Shown: positions 37,133 to 46,348 of the stretch, piece by piece
How the letters are laid out: each line of letters begins with the position of its first letter
Numbering within the stretch: the first letter of the stretch is position 1
Origin: Chloroflexota bacterium
Lineage (GTDB): Bacteria > Chloroflexota > Anaerolineae > Anaerolineales > Villigracilaceae
DNA: 64,000 nt
Assembly (NCBI GenBank): GCA_040753755.1
Contig: JBFMDB010000017.1
Location: 9,729 to 73,728 of the forward strand
Direction of reading: 5' to 3'
Translations under genes and position numbers: made by a program
Notes under the pieces: model-generated
Seen by the model: only the letters and a program-made list of their open reading frames with translations
Databases searched by the model: none
Told to the model about the DNA's origin: nothing

Positions 37133-37927
37133 ATGAAACGCATTATCACTTATTCACTCCGTTATATTTTGTATCTTATCCTCATCGCCCCGCTGTTGCT
37201 TTTTGCCGCGTATGCTTTTTCGACGCGCTGGTTTTTTCCGCAGCCGTTTCCCGTTGAATGGACAGCGACCACATTTCAACGCGCGATCAACGACTCGAAA
37301 ACTCTATCCAGCATGGCACAGGGACTATGGATCGCGGTTCTGGTCAGCCTGCTCTCGTTGATCCTTGCCCTGCCCGCCGCGCGTGTGCTGGGATTGCGTC
37401 AATTCAAAGGGCGTCAACTGGTCTGGCTGTCCTTCTTCCTGCCGACAGTCATTCCTCCGCTGGCAATCGGCATGGGACTGAACATTTTATTCCTGCGAAT
37501 CGGTCTGGCAGGGACAATCGCGGGCGTGGTGTTGGCGCACATTATCCCGACGCTTCCATACACCATTTTCACCCTTTCCAGCGCCTTTGCCCGTTTCGAT
37601 GAAAACTATGAATTTCAGGCATTGGCTTTAGGAGCCAGCCCCTGGCATATTTTTATCAATGTGACCCTGCGTATGATGTCCCCCAGCCTGGTGGTTGCCG
37701 CTTTATTCGCGTTTCTCATTTCCTGGAGTCAATATCTTCTCACCCTGTTGATCGGCGGCGGACAAATCATCACCCTGCCCGTCCTGTTATTCTCCGCCGC
37801 TTCGGGCGGAAACCCGTCCATGATTGCGGCATTGTCGCTTTTATTTATCGCGCCGCCTGTGCTGGTGATCGCCCTCACCGCCCGCGAGTTGACGCGGCAC
37901 GGGGAGGAGATTCGAGAACAGTATTAA
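37133..37927 (+). CDS. ABC transporter permease 2
   Basis: 264 aa, 6 TM helices, permease pattern. Confidence 0.8.
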   Translation: MKRIITYSLRYILYLILIAPLLLFAAYAFSTRWFFPQPFPVEWTATTFQRAINDSKTLSSMAQGLWIAVLVSLLSLILALPAARVLGLRQFKGRQLVWLSFFLPTVIPPLAIGMGLNILFLRIGLAGTIAGVVLAHIIPTLPYTIFTLSSAFARFDENYEFQALALGASPWHIFINVTLRMMSPSLVVAALFAFLISWSQYLLTLLIGGGQIITLPVLLFSAASGGNPSMIAALSLLFIAPPVLVIALTARELTRHGEEIREQY

Positions 37928-38000
37928 CCCTCACCCTAACCCTCTCCCGAAGGGAGAGGGGACTCCCTTCCCTCTTGGGGGGAAGGACTGGGGATGAGGG
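37928..38000. repeat. GC-rich multi-hairpin repeat, copy 2
   Basis: ccctcaccctaaccctctcccgaagggagaggggactcccttccctcttggggggaaggactggggatgaggg, directly after the permease stop. Confidence 0.8.
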
Positions 38001-38012
38001 AAAGGCAACCCA

Positions 38013-39068
38013 ATGACAACTGTAAACATCACCTCCCTCCACAAAACCTACCCCAACCAGCCCTCACCCGTCTTGAAGGATTTTTCGTTGTCCGTTCAGG
38101 ATGGCGAGATGGTTGCCCTGCTGGGACCCTCAGGCTCGGGCAAGTCCACGTTGCTGAAACTCATCACGGGCATTGAGCGACCTGACAGCGGCGATATTCA
38201 ATTCGATGGCGTGTCCATCCTAAACATAAAACCGAACAAGCGCGGCGCGGTGTTGATGTTCCAGAAATCATATCTCTTTCCATTTTTGAGCGTGGAAGAC
38301 AACATCAGTTTCGGACTCAAAGTGCAGGGCGCATCGCCGCAGACCATTCGTAATGAAGTCAAACGCATGTTGGAATTGATCGGCTTGCCAGGGATCGAGA
38401 AGCGAAAGGTCAGTCAACTCTCTGGCGGAGAAGGTCAGCGGGTGGCGTTGGCGCGGGCGCTGGTGACCAACCCGAAACTGCTCCTGCTGGATGAGCCGTT
38501 GAGCAGTCTTGATACCGAAGTGCGGATGAACTTGCAGGAAACCATCCGCAACATTCAACGCGAGTTGAGCGTGACCACGATTTTCGTCACACATGATCTG
38601 GGTGAAGCAATGGCGATGTCTGATCGCATGGCGTTGTTGTTGAACGGCGAGATCGTCGCGCTGGATAAGCCTGAAGCGCTGTTCCACCGTCCGCGCAGCT
38701 TGGCGGCGGCAAGGTTCATGGGCGTATCCACTTTCTTAAGCGGCGACCTTCAAAACGTCCCGAAGGATTCGGCAGGTCAGCCTGTTCAGTTGGTCAATCC
38801 TTCGGGACGGTGTAAGGGAAAATTATTTGCGATTCGTCCCGAACATATCCGCGTGCAGAAGGATGGCTGTGAACAATCCGTGCCAGGCGTGGTCAGCGAT
38901 TGCGTCTTTCGCGGCGAGTACATCGAATATCAGGTGGCGGTGGATGATATGAATGTGCGCGCGCGTATATCCATGCCCGCGCCGATGTTCGCGCATGGGG
39001 CACGGGTGTATGTGAAGTTTCCGCGAGAAAATTTATTTGAAGTGACTGACACCGTCCCGAAGGTTTGA
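38013..39068 (+). CDS. ABC transporter ATP-binding protein (PotA/FbpC-like with C-terminal regulatory domain)
   Basis: Walker A GPSGSGKST, signature LSGGEGQR, Walker B LLLLDEP. Confidence 0.9.
   Translation: MTTVNITSLHKTYPNQPSPVLKDFSLSVQDGEMVALLGPSGSGKSTLLKLITGIERPDSGDIQFDGVSILNIKPNKRGAVLMFQKSYLFPFLSVEDNISFGLKVQGASPQTIRNEVKRMLELIGLPGIEKRKVSQLSGGEGQRVALARALVTNPKLLLLDEPLSSLDTEVRMNLQETIRNIQRELSVTTIFVTHDLGEAMAMSDRMALLLNGEIVALDKPEALFHRPRSLAAARFMGVSTFLSGDLQNVPKDSAGQPVQLVNPSGRCKGKLFAIRPEHIRVQKDGCEQSVPGVVSDCVFRGEYIEYQVAVDDMNVRARISMPAPMFAHGARVYVKFPRENLFEVTDTVPKV
38756..38809. repeat. CGTCCCGAAGG-family hairpin embedded in-frame inside the ATPase CDS
   Basis: CGTCCCGAAGGATT (38756-38769) and AATCCTTCGGGACG (38796-38809): perfect 14-bp arms, 26-nt loop. 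Encodes NVPKDSAGQPVQLVNPSGR. Confidence 0.8.
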
Positions 39069-39106
39069 ACGGCTCAACAGGATTTATCGAGAAAACCTTC
39101 GGGACG
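39053..39106. repeat. CGTCCCGAAGG-family hairpin spanning the ATPase stop codon
   Basis: CGTCCCGAAGGTT (39053-39065, encoding TVPKV-stop) and AACCTTCGGGACG (39094-39106); 28-nt loop. Confidence 0.8.
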
Positions 39107-39125
39107 TTTTATCAAAGGAGCAACC

Positions 39126-39803
39126 ATGAGCAAGGAAAATCGCAAGAGCCAGAAACAAATTCGACAGGAAAAAATCCGCGCGCAAAAAACGCGGCAACAA
39201 TGGATTGGATACGGCGCGCTGGCGTTGATTATTCTCGCCGCCGTCTTTTGGAATTTTTCGCGCCCCAAAGCCCAGCCGTTGGATGAAGCCCGCCTCGCCG
39301 CCAACCCGACCATTGGTTCTGATTCCGCCAAAGTGATCATCACCGAATACGCGGACTTCGGCTGTCCCGCCTGCCGCGCATGGCATAACGCGGGAATTAG
39401 GGAACAGGTCATTGCCGCGTATGGCGATCAGGTGCAGTTTGTGTGGAAGGACTTCCCCGTCATCACGGCGCAATCTCCCAAGGCGGCAGAGGCGGGACAG
39501 TGCGCGTTCGACCAGGGAAAGTTTTGGGAATATCACGATGTTTTGTTCGAGAACGCCCCCGCGATCGGCGTGAACGATTTGAAAAGTTATGCCGCGCAAC
39601 TTGGGTTGGATACGGAACAGTTTAACGCCTGTTTGGATAGCGGTCAGAACCGCGCCAAAGTGAATCAAAGCCTGAACGAAGCCCAGCGCGAATACGCCTT
39701 CCCTGGCACGCCATCCTTTTTGGTCAATGGCAACAAACTGATTGGACCTCCGACCTTCGAGACGCTGAAATCCATGATAGATGAGATTTTGGCGGGAGGT
39801 TGA
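39126..39803 (+). CDS. DsbA-family thiol:disulfide oxidoreductase with N-terminal membrane anchor
   Basis: Basic N-terminus, TM helix WIGYGALALIILAAVFW, active-site FGCPACRAWH, later FPGTPSFLVNG (cis-Pro loop). Confidence 0.85.
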   Translation: MSKENRKSQKQIRQEKIRAQKTRQQWIGYGALALIILAAVFWNFSRPKAQPLDEARLAANPTIGSDSAKVIITEYADFGCPACRAWHNAGIREQVIAAYGDQVQFVWKDFPVITAQSPKAAEAGQCAFDQGKFWEYHDVLFENAPAIGVNDLKSYAAQLGLDTEQFNACLDSGQNRAKVNQSLNEAQREYAFPGTPSFLVNGNKLIGPPTFETLKSMIDEILAGG

Positions 39804-39904
39804 TGCGGCGCAGTTGACCCCAAAAAGGTAAGGATTTCGGCAGGGTTTATCTCTCTTAGGAAGAACGCGGCGCAGCGTTCACATTCACTTTATAGGAGAG
39901 AGAC

Positions 39905-40345
39905 ATGACAACTGCAAGCGCTTCCATGATGAAAGTCAACCCCCGCAACCTCACACTGGGCGCTATCGGCGGCTTGGCGGGCGGCGTGCCGTTCGGGTTG
40001 ATGATGGCAAGTATGGGCATGATGCCGATGATCGGAATGCTCATCCGCGTCGAAGACGCCACGGTGGGCTGGGTCGTCCACCTGCTGATAAGCGCGGTGA
40101 CGGGCGCGTTATACGGTCACTTCGCCCCCGCCTTCTCGAAGACCTGGGGTTCGGCGGCTGTCGCTGGCGTGGTCTACGGCGTGATCTGGTGGGTGTTGGG
40201 CGCGCTCATCCTCATGCCCGCCATGCTCGGCATGACCGAGATGATCTTCGTCATCGGGCAGATGCAATGGATGAGCCTGATGGGTCACCTCATTTTCACG
40301 GTCATCATGGCGCTGGTGTTCAAGGCGCTGGCGGATCGCGGATAG
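39905..40345 (+). CDS. Met-rich small integral membrane protein (unknown function)
   Basis: 146 aa, about 4 TM helices, with Met clusters GLMMASMGMMPMIGML and LILMPAMLGMTEMIFVIGQMQWMSLMGH. Confidence 0.6.
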   Translation: MTTASASMMKVNPRNLTLGAIGGLAGGVPFGLMMASMGMMPMIGMLIRVEDATVGWVVHLLISAVTGALYGHFAPAFSKTWGSAAVAGVVYGVIWWVLGALILMPAMLGMTEMIFVIGQMQWMSLMGHLIFTVIMALVFKALADRG

Positions 40346-40362
40346 AGGTCGGCGGTTTGAAA

Positions 40363-40394
40363 AAACTTCCGAAGCCTTAGGGCTTCGGAAGTTT
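40363..40394. terminator. Perfect 14-bp hairpin between convergent genes
   Basis: AAACTTCCGAAGCC-ttag-GGCTTCGGAAGTTT with an A-run on the plus side, which is a T-run on the minus strand. Confidence 0.75.
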
Positions 40395-40398
40395 GCGC

Positions 40399-41214
40399 TC
40401 ACTTCAGGCTCTCCTGCAAAAACGCGCCGACCTGCTCCCAGAATTGCGGATGGGTGTGGCAGTCGCTGTGACCTTTTTCGGGGACGATCCACAAACGCGT
40501 CTTATCGGGACTGCCAGCGGCGTGCAGCACCCGAGCCTGCTCCAGCGGGACGGTTTCGTCGCGCTCGCCGTGAACGATGAGGAAGTCCGCCTTCGATTTG
40601 GGGAGGTTGTTGAGCGGGGCAATGGCGTCGAAGTCCAGCCCATAGCGGCGGCGCATGTATGCCAGCAGAAACGACGCAATAAAGGCTGGCACGCGCCGCT
40701 TGCGGAATTCATACTTCATCACCGCCACTGGATGCGAGATCGCGCCCACCGTGACAACGCAGCGGATGCGTTCATCCCAGCCCGCGGCGTTGATGGCGGC
40801 TCCTCCGCCGACAGAAAGACCGACAACGCCGATTCCGTTAGAATCGAGTCGGCTGTTTTGCAGATATTCCACAGCCGATAAAACATCCTGCGAAAACGTG
40901 CCGACGGTGGGATGCTCGACGGGGGAACTGCTGCCGTGATTGCGGGCGTCGAAAGCCAGCAGGTTATATCCCAACGGCGACAACGCCTGAATGTAAGGCA
41001 GGGCGCGCGCCAGATTGCGTCCCCAGCCGTGCAGCAAAATCAATGTGGGCGCGGCGGGCGTGGATGGAATCCACCAGCCGTATAAATGCGCGCCGTCTGT
41101 GGCGGGGATTTTCACTTCATCGAACGGCAAGCCATATTTTTCGGGGGTGAGGCGATGCGGCTCAATTTTGTAGGCGTACATGCGGTCAATCAGAGAGTCT
41201 AAAAAGAATTTCAT
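40399..41214 (-). CDS. Alpha/beta hydrolase
   Basis: Start moved to ATG 41214 (MKFFLDSLIDRMYAYKIEPHRLTPEKYG). HGWGRN, nucleophile elbow GLSVGGG, late HGERDE and GHSD. Confidence 0.8.
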   Translation of the reverse strand: MKFFLDSLIDRMYAYKIEPHRLTPEKYGLPFDEVKIPATDGAHLYGWWIPSTPAAPTLILLHGWGRNLARALPYIQALSPLGYNLLAFDARNHGSSSPVEHPTVGTFSQDVLSAVEYLQNSRLDSNGIGVVGLSVGGGAAINAAGWDERIRCVVTVGAISHPVAVMKYEFRKRRVPAFIASFLLAYMRRRYGLDFDAIAPLNNLPKSKADFLIVHGERDETVPLEQARVLHAAGSPDKTRLWIVPEKGHSDCHTHPQFWEQVGAFLQESLK

Positions 41215-41299
41215 GGCTGGCTCCAGCGGGAAGATGTCAGTTCTCCAACCAGTGCAGTATATCGAAGATTTTTCCATCCGCCGCAGGGCGGGAGGTCAA

Positions 41300-42226
41300 C
41301 TACTCGATTTCCTTCAAGAGTTGTTCCAACTCCTCCAACGCGGCGGACTTGTGCTCAGGCGAATAGATGACCGCCACCATATCGGCAATTCCGCACGCCA
41401 CGCGCCAGGTTGCCATGAAGTCGTCGCTGACCGCGCCCGATTCGAGATAGCCTTCCAGCACGGCGCGGCGGTCGGCGGGGGCGCGGAAGCGGCGCAGGTC
41501 GTTGACAGGGTGACTGAAGTAGGCATCGCCAAAGTCAATGACACCCATCAGTTTGCAGGAAGCGGGGTCAACGAAGACGTGTTCAGGTCCAGGGTTGGAA
41601 TGAAGCGCCACGATGTTCGTTACATCGGGCAGGGCGCGCATGAGGCGGCGTCCCACTTCATCGGGCGGAAGGTGGAAGTCCCATTTCCCGTCTTCCTTTT
41701 GAATCAATTCGCAGACATCGTCGAAGATACTCCCGAAACGCCAGCGCGCATCCACAGGGGATTGGTCGCCGAAGAACAGACCGCTCTGGCGTAACGGTTC
41801 CTGCGCAATGGCGTGGATGCGGCGCAGCATCCGCCCCAAATCTTTCAGGGATTCGCGGCGCGTCTCGCCTTCGAGCTTTGCGTTGCGGACGGCAACACCA
41901 GACATGCGCGTCATCACCGTGTATTCGAGCAATGGCTCGGGATGTCCGTAACCGATGAAACGCGGCACATTGACTCCTTCCACGCCTTCGAGTTGTTGCA
42001 GGAACAATACTTCCTTTTTCAGGCTGGTGCGCGGACGTAACTGCTGAGGGCGCTGGGTCTTTAGGAGCAGGTTATCGTCGAGATAATACGTGCGCGCTTC
42101 GCCGCCTGTTTCGTCCACGTAGGTCACGGCTTGGACTTCGGGCGCGTGTTGGCGCGCGAGCGATAAGACTTTTTCATCGCTCAACACTTCATCGGGCGCG
42201 TCAGGTTGGACGTAATAATCTTTCAT
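41300..42226 (-). CDS. Phosphotransferase (APH/choline-kinase-like) family protein
   Basis: LHSNPGPEHVFVD (catalytic loop-like) and GVIDFGDAYFSHP (DFG-like). Confidence 0.75.
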   Translation of the reverse strand: MKDYYVQPDAPDEVLSDEKVLSLARQHAPEVQAVTYVDETGGEARTYYLDDNLLLKTQRPQQLRPRTSLKKEVLFLQQLEGVEGVNVPRFIGYGHPEPLLEYTVMTRMSGVAVRNAKLEGETRRESLKDLGRMLRRIHAIAQEPLRQSGLFFGDQSPVDARWRFGSIFDDVCELIQKEDGKWDFHLPPDEVGRRLMRALPDVTNIVALHSNPGPEHVFVDPASCKLMGVIDFGDAYFSHPVNDLRRFRAPADRRAVLEGYLESGAVSDDFMATWRVACGIADMVAVIYSPEHKSAALEELEQLLKEIE

Positions 42227-42244
42227 GGAATCTCCTTTGTCCCA

Positions 42245-42275
42245 GACTTCCGAAGTCTTGAAGACTTCGGAAGTC
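42245..42275. repeat. Perfect 14-bp palindrome GACTTCCGAAGTCT-tga-AGACTTCGGAAGTC
   Basis: Read directly from the sequence, between the ABC exporter stop and the kinase start. Shares the CTTCGGAAG core with the hairpin at 40363. Confidence 0.7.
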
Positions 42276-42282
42276 TTCGGTT

Positions 42283-44061
42283 TTAGTTGGAATCATTCCG
42301 CCAGTCCCAGCCAGCGGATTCGAGTTCGAGCAACGCCGCAAAGCGCCCGCCCTTGCGGATGAGTTCATCGGGCGCGCCCATTTCCAGGATGCGCCCGCGT
42401 TCCAGCACAATGACGCGGTCGGCGGCGACGGCGGTGGAGAGACGGTGCGCCACGGTCAGGATGGCGCGGCTGTGTCGGGCGGATTCTTGTTCCAGCGCGC
42501 GGCGAAATGCCGCTTCGCTGGCGCTGTCAATCGCGGAGGTGGCTTCGTCGAACAACAACACCTTCGGGTTCCAGACCAACGCCCGCGCCAGCGAAAGCAA
42601 TTGCCGCTGTCCCGACGAAAGTTGCGCGCCGCCGCTGTTGATTTGGGTTTCGTATCCCTGCGGCAGGGAGCGGATGAAATCGTCCGCGCCTGCGGTGAGG
42701 GCGGCATTTGCAACCGCTTCGGGCGGCGCCTGCGAGTCGCTCAACGTCAAATTATCGCGCACCGAACCGCTGAAGAGTTGCACGGCTTGCGGCACCACGC
42801 CAATCACGCGGCGGCGTTCGGTCTCTGGCAACTGGCGCGGGTCGAGCCCCGCCACGCGCACCGCGCCCTCCCACGCAGCATAAAGCCCGCCGAGCAAATG
42901 CACAATACTGCTTTTGCCCGCGCCCGTGCGCCCGACCAGCGCGACATGTTCCCCCGCGCGGACGTGGAACGAGACATCGCGCAGAACGGGTTGTTCGGGG
43001 AAGTAACCAAAAGTCAAATGCTCGACACGGATTCCATCCTGCGCCTCGTTCACGCGACCCGTTTCCTGCTCGGCGGATTCGACGGGCATTTCCAGCACCT
43101 GAAAGATTCGCTCCGCCCCCGAAAGCGCGCTTTGCACCGTTTGCCATTCTTCGCCCAGGGCGGTGATGGGGTCAAAGAAGCGTTTGAACAACAGCACGAA
43201 GGCGGTCAACGTCCCCAGACTCAGCGACCAGCCTGCCAACGTCCCGCGCGCGCCGCTCCACAGCAACAGGGCAATCGCCGCCGCCATCAACATCTGCATG
43301 ATAGGCGTATACAGCGACGAATATTTGGCGGCTTCGTTGTAAGCGTCCAGCGTTTGTTTGAGTACGCGGCGGAAACGGGCGATGAACGCGGCGGCGCGGT
43401 CGAAGGCGCGGATGACTTCCACGCCGCCGAAGGTCTCCTGCAGGTGTGTGTTCATCGAGCCTACCGCTTCACGATTGCGCCGCTCGGCGTTGCGAATGCG
43501 TTTGCGGAAGGTCTCCGTCACCCACCACAGCGGCGGGACAACGCCCAGGGAAACAAGAAACAGCAGCGGGCTGAGAATGAACATCGCAATCGAAACCGTC
43601 AGCAGGCGAACCAGGTCGGCGACGAGTCCCGCCACACCCGAAGAAAAGAGCGCGTCGAGCGTATCCACATCGGCAGTGCAGCGGCTGATGATGTCGCCGA
43701 GCGGAGTCTGGTCGTAGTAACGAAGCGGAAGCCGTTGCAGGTGGCGGTAGAGCCGCGCGCGCAGTTCCTTCAATGCGTTCTGCGCCGTGAGCGCGGTCAG
43801 GTAATTGGAGAGGAACCCCAGCCCCGACACGCCCGCCACCGCCGCCAGATAAGCGAACGCCAGCGCCCACAAGCCGTCGGCGTTGCCCGCGATGAGATGG
43901 TCGTCCACCACGCGCCGCATCACCAACGGCGGGACGAGTTCCAGCCCCGCGCCGAGCAGGATGACAACGGCAATCCGCGCCAGCATCCAACGGCGCGGCG
44001 ACAAAATTTCCAATAGATTTTGGCGCATGGCATTCTTCGGAGATGAAACAGCAACATTCAT
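42283..44061 (-). CDS. ABC exporter, fused TMD-NBD half-transporter (MdlB/ABCB-like)
   Basis: 592 aa. 6-TM N-terminal half; Walker A GRTGAGKSS, signature LSSGQRQ, Walker B LLFDEATS. Confidence 0.9.
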   Translation of the reverse strand: MNVAVSSPKNAMRQNLLEILSPRRWMLARIAVVILLGAGLELVPPLVMRRVVDDHLIAGNADGLWALAFAYLAAVAGVSGLGFLSNYLTALTAQNALKELRARLYRHLQRLPLRYYDQTPLGDIISRCTADVDTLDALFSSGVAGLVADLVRLLTVSIAMFILSPLLFLVSLGVVPPLWWVTETFRKRIRNAERRNREAVGSMNTHLQETFGGVEVIRAFDRAAAFIARFRRVLKQTLDAYNEAAKYSSLYTPIMQMLMAAAIALLLWSGARGTLAGWSLSLGTLTAFVLLFKRFFDPITALGEEWQTVQSALSGAERIFQVLEMPVESAEQETGRVNEAQDGIRVEHLTFGYFPEQPVLRDVSFHVRAGEHVALVGRTGAGKSSIVHLLGGLYAAWEGAVRVAGLDPRQLPETERRRVIGVVPQAVQLFSGSVRDNLTLSDSQAPPEAVANAALTAGADDFIRSLPQGYETQINSGGAQLSSGQRQLLSLARALVWNPKVLLFDEATSAIDSASEAAFRRALEQESARHSRAILTVAHRLSTAVAADRVIVLERGRILEMGAPDELIRKGGRFAALLELESAGWDWRNDSN

Positions 44062-45884
44062 AGGGCAACCCCGTTGGCAGACGCCGCCCGCGTTTGCGCC
44101 CGATAAATGCGCGCATACAAACCATCCGCCGCCATCAACGCATCGTGCGCGCCGTGTTCCACAATTTGACCCTTGTCCAGCACAATGATTTGGTCGGCGA
44201 GCGGGAAGGCGGCAAGCCGATGCGAACTGAGAATAATCGTCGCAGACCTTCCAGGTCTCTTGACCAGCGCGGCGATGAGTTGCGCTTCCGTGTCCAAATC
44301 CACTGCCGAGAACGGGTCATCCAACAGCAACAGCCCAGGCGAAACCTGCGCCGCCGACAAACTGCGCGCCAGCGCAATCCGTTGGCGCTGCCCGCCCGAA
44401 ACGCGCACACCCAACTCGCCAATCGGCGTATCGAGTCCGCGCGGGAATGTTTGCAGGTCAGGCTCCAGCGCGGCAACTCGCGCGGCGTCCGCCATCGCAT
44501 CGTCCGCGGCGGTCATCCCAAAAGAAATGTTCTCACGGATACTGCCCGAAAACAGGTAGGGGTCTTGCGGCAGGTATCCGATCCGTGCGGCGCGTTCAGC
44601 GGCGGGGATGTGAGTCAGCGCGCGCCCATCCAACTGGATTTCGCCCTCTTCAAGCGGATACAAGCCCAGGATGGCGCGCAACAGCGCGCTCTTCCCGCCT
44701 CCCACTGGACCTGTGACTGCCACGAACGACCCAGGCGGAATCTCCGCCGACACATTTTGCAGGGCGGGCGCCGCCGCGTGTGGATAGCGAAACGTGACCG
44801 ATTGCAGCCGCACCCCCAACGGACGACCTTCCACTTGCGGGGGCGCGGGCAGGGGCGCATCCACGCCGACCACCCTGCCAGGCATGAACGATGCCAGCGG
44901 CGGTTCACCCTGCACGCCAGCGGCGGGCGCGAGCAACGGTTTGAGCCGCGCGTACGCTGCCCCGCCCGATTGAATCGAATTGAACATTTGCGGAATGCGA
45001 TAGGCGCGGTTGGCAAAGCGCAGGAACAACTCGGTGTACGCCACGAACGCGCCGACCGTCCACGCGCCATCCAGCGCTCTCCTGCCGCCGATGCCCACCA
45101 CCAGCGCCACGCCCGCAAGCATCAACGTGGAATAAACGGGTTTGAGTCCTTCACGTAAACGGACAACCGAGACATTTGCATCCGCCAACTGCTGCGATTG
45201 CGCGTCCACTTGATTCACTGCCGCGCCCGTGCGCCCAAACAACTTCAACACGCGGATTCCCGCCAGTTGTTCCTGCAGCGTAGCGGTCAGCGCGGCGTTC
45301 GCTTCGCGCGCCGACGTGGTGCGGGCGCGCGCCCAGCGTCCCACCGCTTGCGCCAACAACATGGCGAACGGCGTCGGCAGTAACGCCAACGCCGAGAGCC
45401 GCGCGTCATAGATGAACATGGCAACCACTAGCGAGAGCGAAAACAACAACGTATCCCACGTCTCGATGATGAACTCGCGCACACCCACGCCCAATGTTTC
45501 CACATCGCCTGCCATGCGTGACATCAAGTCGCCGATGGGTGTGGCGTGCAGGCGTTCCATGTCCCACCCCAGTGCGCCGCGCAGCGCGTCCGCCCGCAGG
45601 TTGGCGCGGATGCGGGCATTGGCGGTCATCAACCACCAGCGTTTGCCCAGGCGCGGAATCTGAGTCGCCAACATTCCGCCCAGAAAGCCCAAAGCCGCCC
45701 AGGTCACATCGTCGAGCGACGCCTTTCCCTGCTCGAACGCCAACGCAATGTCAATTGCTTTTCCCAACATCACGGCGGGCAATACCACCATCGTATTCAT
45801 CAAGATTCCGCAAAGAGAGCCGAGCAGGAGTTCGCCTGCCGTGTGGCGATAGTAGGGACGGAGTTCCCAGAGGTAGGATTTCAT
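44058..45884 (-). CDS. ABC exporter, fused TMD-NBD half-transporter (MdlA/ABCB-like partner)
   Basis: 608 aa. GPVGGGKSA, VSGGQRQR, LLLLDDPFS. 4-nt overlap with the downstream partner. Confidence 0.9.
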   Translation of the reverse strand: MKSYLWELRPYYRHTAGELLLGSLCGILMNTMVVLPAVMLGKAIDIALAFEQGKASLDDVTWAALGFLGGMLATQIPRLGKRWWLMTANARIRANLRADALRGALGWDMERLHATPIGDLMSRMAGDVETLGVGVREFIIETWDTLLFSLSLVVAMFIYDARLSALALLPTPFAMLLAQAVGRWARARTTSAREANAALTATLQEQLAGIRVLKLFGRTGAAVNQVDAQSQQLADANVSVVRLREGLKPVYSTLMLAGVALVVGIGGRRALDGAWTVGAFVAYTELFLRFANRAYRIPQMFNSIQSGGAAYARLKPLLAPAAGVQGEPPLASFMPGRVVGVDAPLPAPPQVEGRPLGVRLQSVTFRYPHAAAPALQNVSAEIPPGSFVAVTGPVGGGKSALLRAILGLYPLEEGEIQLDGRALTHIPAAERAARIGYLPQDPYLFSGSIRENISFGMTAADDAMADAARVAALEPDLQTFPRGLDTPIGELGVRVSGGQRQRIALARSLSAAQVSPGLLLLDDPFSAVDLDTEAQLIAALVKRPGRSATIILSSHRLAAFPLADQIIVLDKGQIVEHGAHDALMAADGLYARIYRAQTRAASANGVAL

Positions 45885-45928
45885 GTGTCAGGTGTCAAGT
45901 TCCAGGTTTCAAGTTGACATTTCTCATG

Positions 45929-46348
45929 TCACATCTCGCCGCTGGAGAGGGCGGCATACAAGGCTTCGTAAACGCGAGCGCCGTATTCCAATGCCTGATC
46001 ATCGTCCCCGCTGATTTGCCTCAGTCCGCGGCAAATCAAATCCAGTCCCGCCGCGGCAGGTTCGACGTTGACTTCCTGGACGATATCCGCTTCGTCAACG
46101 ATATTTGCAATGCGGCTGAGAATCGGGTCTTTCAGATTGTTTTCTTTTAGCAGTGAATGGAACGTGCAATGTCCGCGTTGGTGGGAGTAGCGCGCGCCTG
46201 GGATGTCGAATGGCTCCGCGCCTTTGGGAAAGGTTTTGCTCCCCGCTGGCACGAAAAAAAATTCCGCCTTCGGGTCAATGTGTTTTTTGATGAGCCAGAT
46301 GCACGCCATCCGATCCACGCCGATGTTTTCCCAGGTGACCCATTTCAT
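45929..46348 (-). CDS. ChrB C-terminal domain protein (Chrome_Resist-like)
   Basis: MKWVTWENIGVDRMACIWLIKKHIDP...FDIPGA pattern recalled from ChrB C-terminal domains. ATGA overlap with the upstream ORF. Confidence 0.65.
   Translation of the reverse strand: MKWVTWENIGVDRMACIWLIKKHIDPKAEFFFVPAGSKTFPKGAEPFDIPGARYSHQRGHCTFHSLLKENNLKDPILSRIANIVDEADIVQEVNVEPAAAGLDLICRGLRQISGDDDQALEYGARVYEALYAALSSGEM

Noticed and set aside
42445-45158. Long plus-strand ORFs (42445..44016 and 44094..45158) antisense to the ABC exporter genes
   Set aside because: The products are Arg/Gln/His-rich with no motifs. The sense frames carry complete Walker A, signature and Walker B sets.
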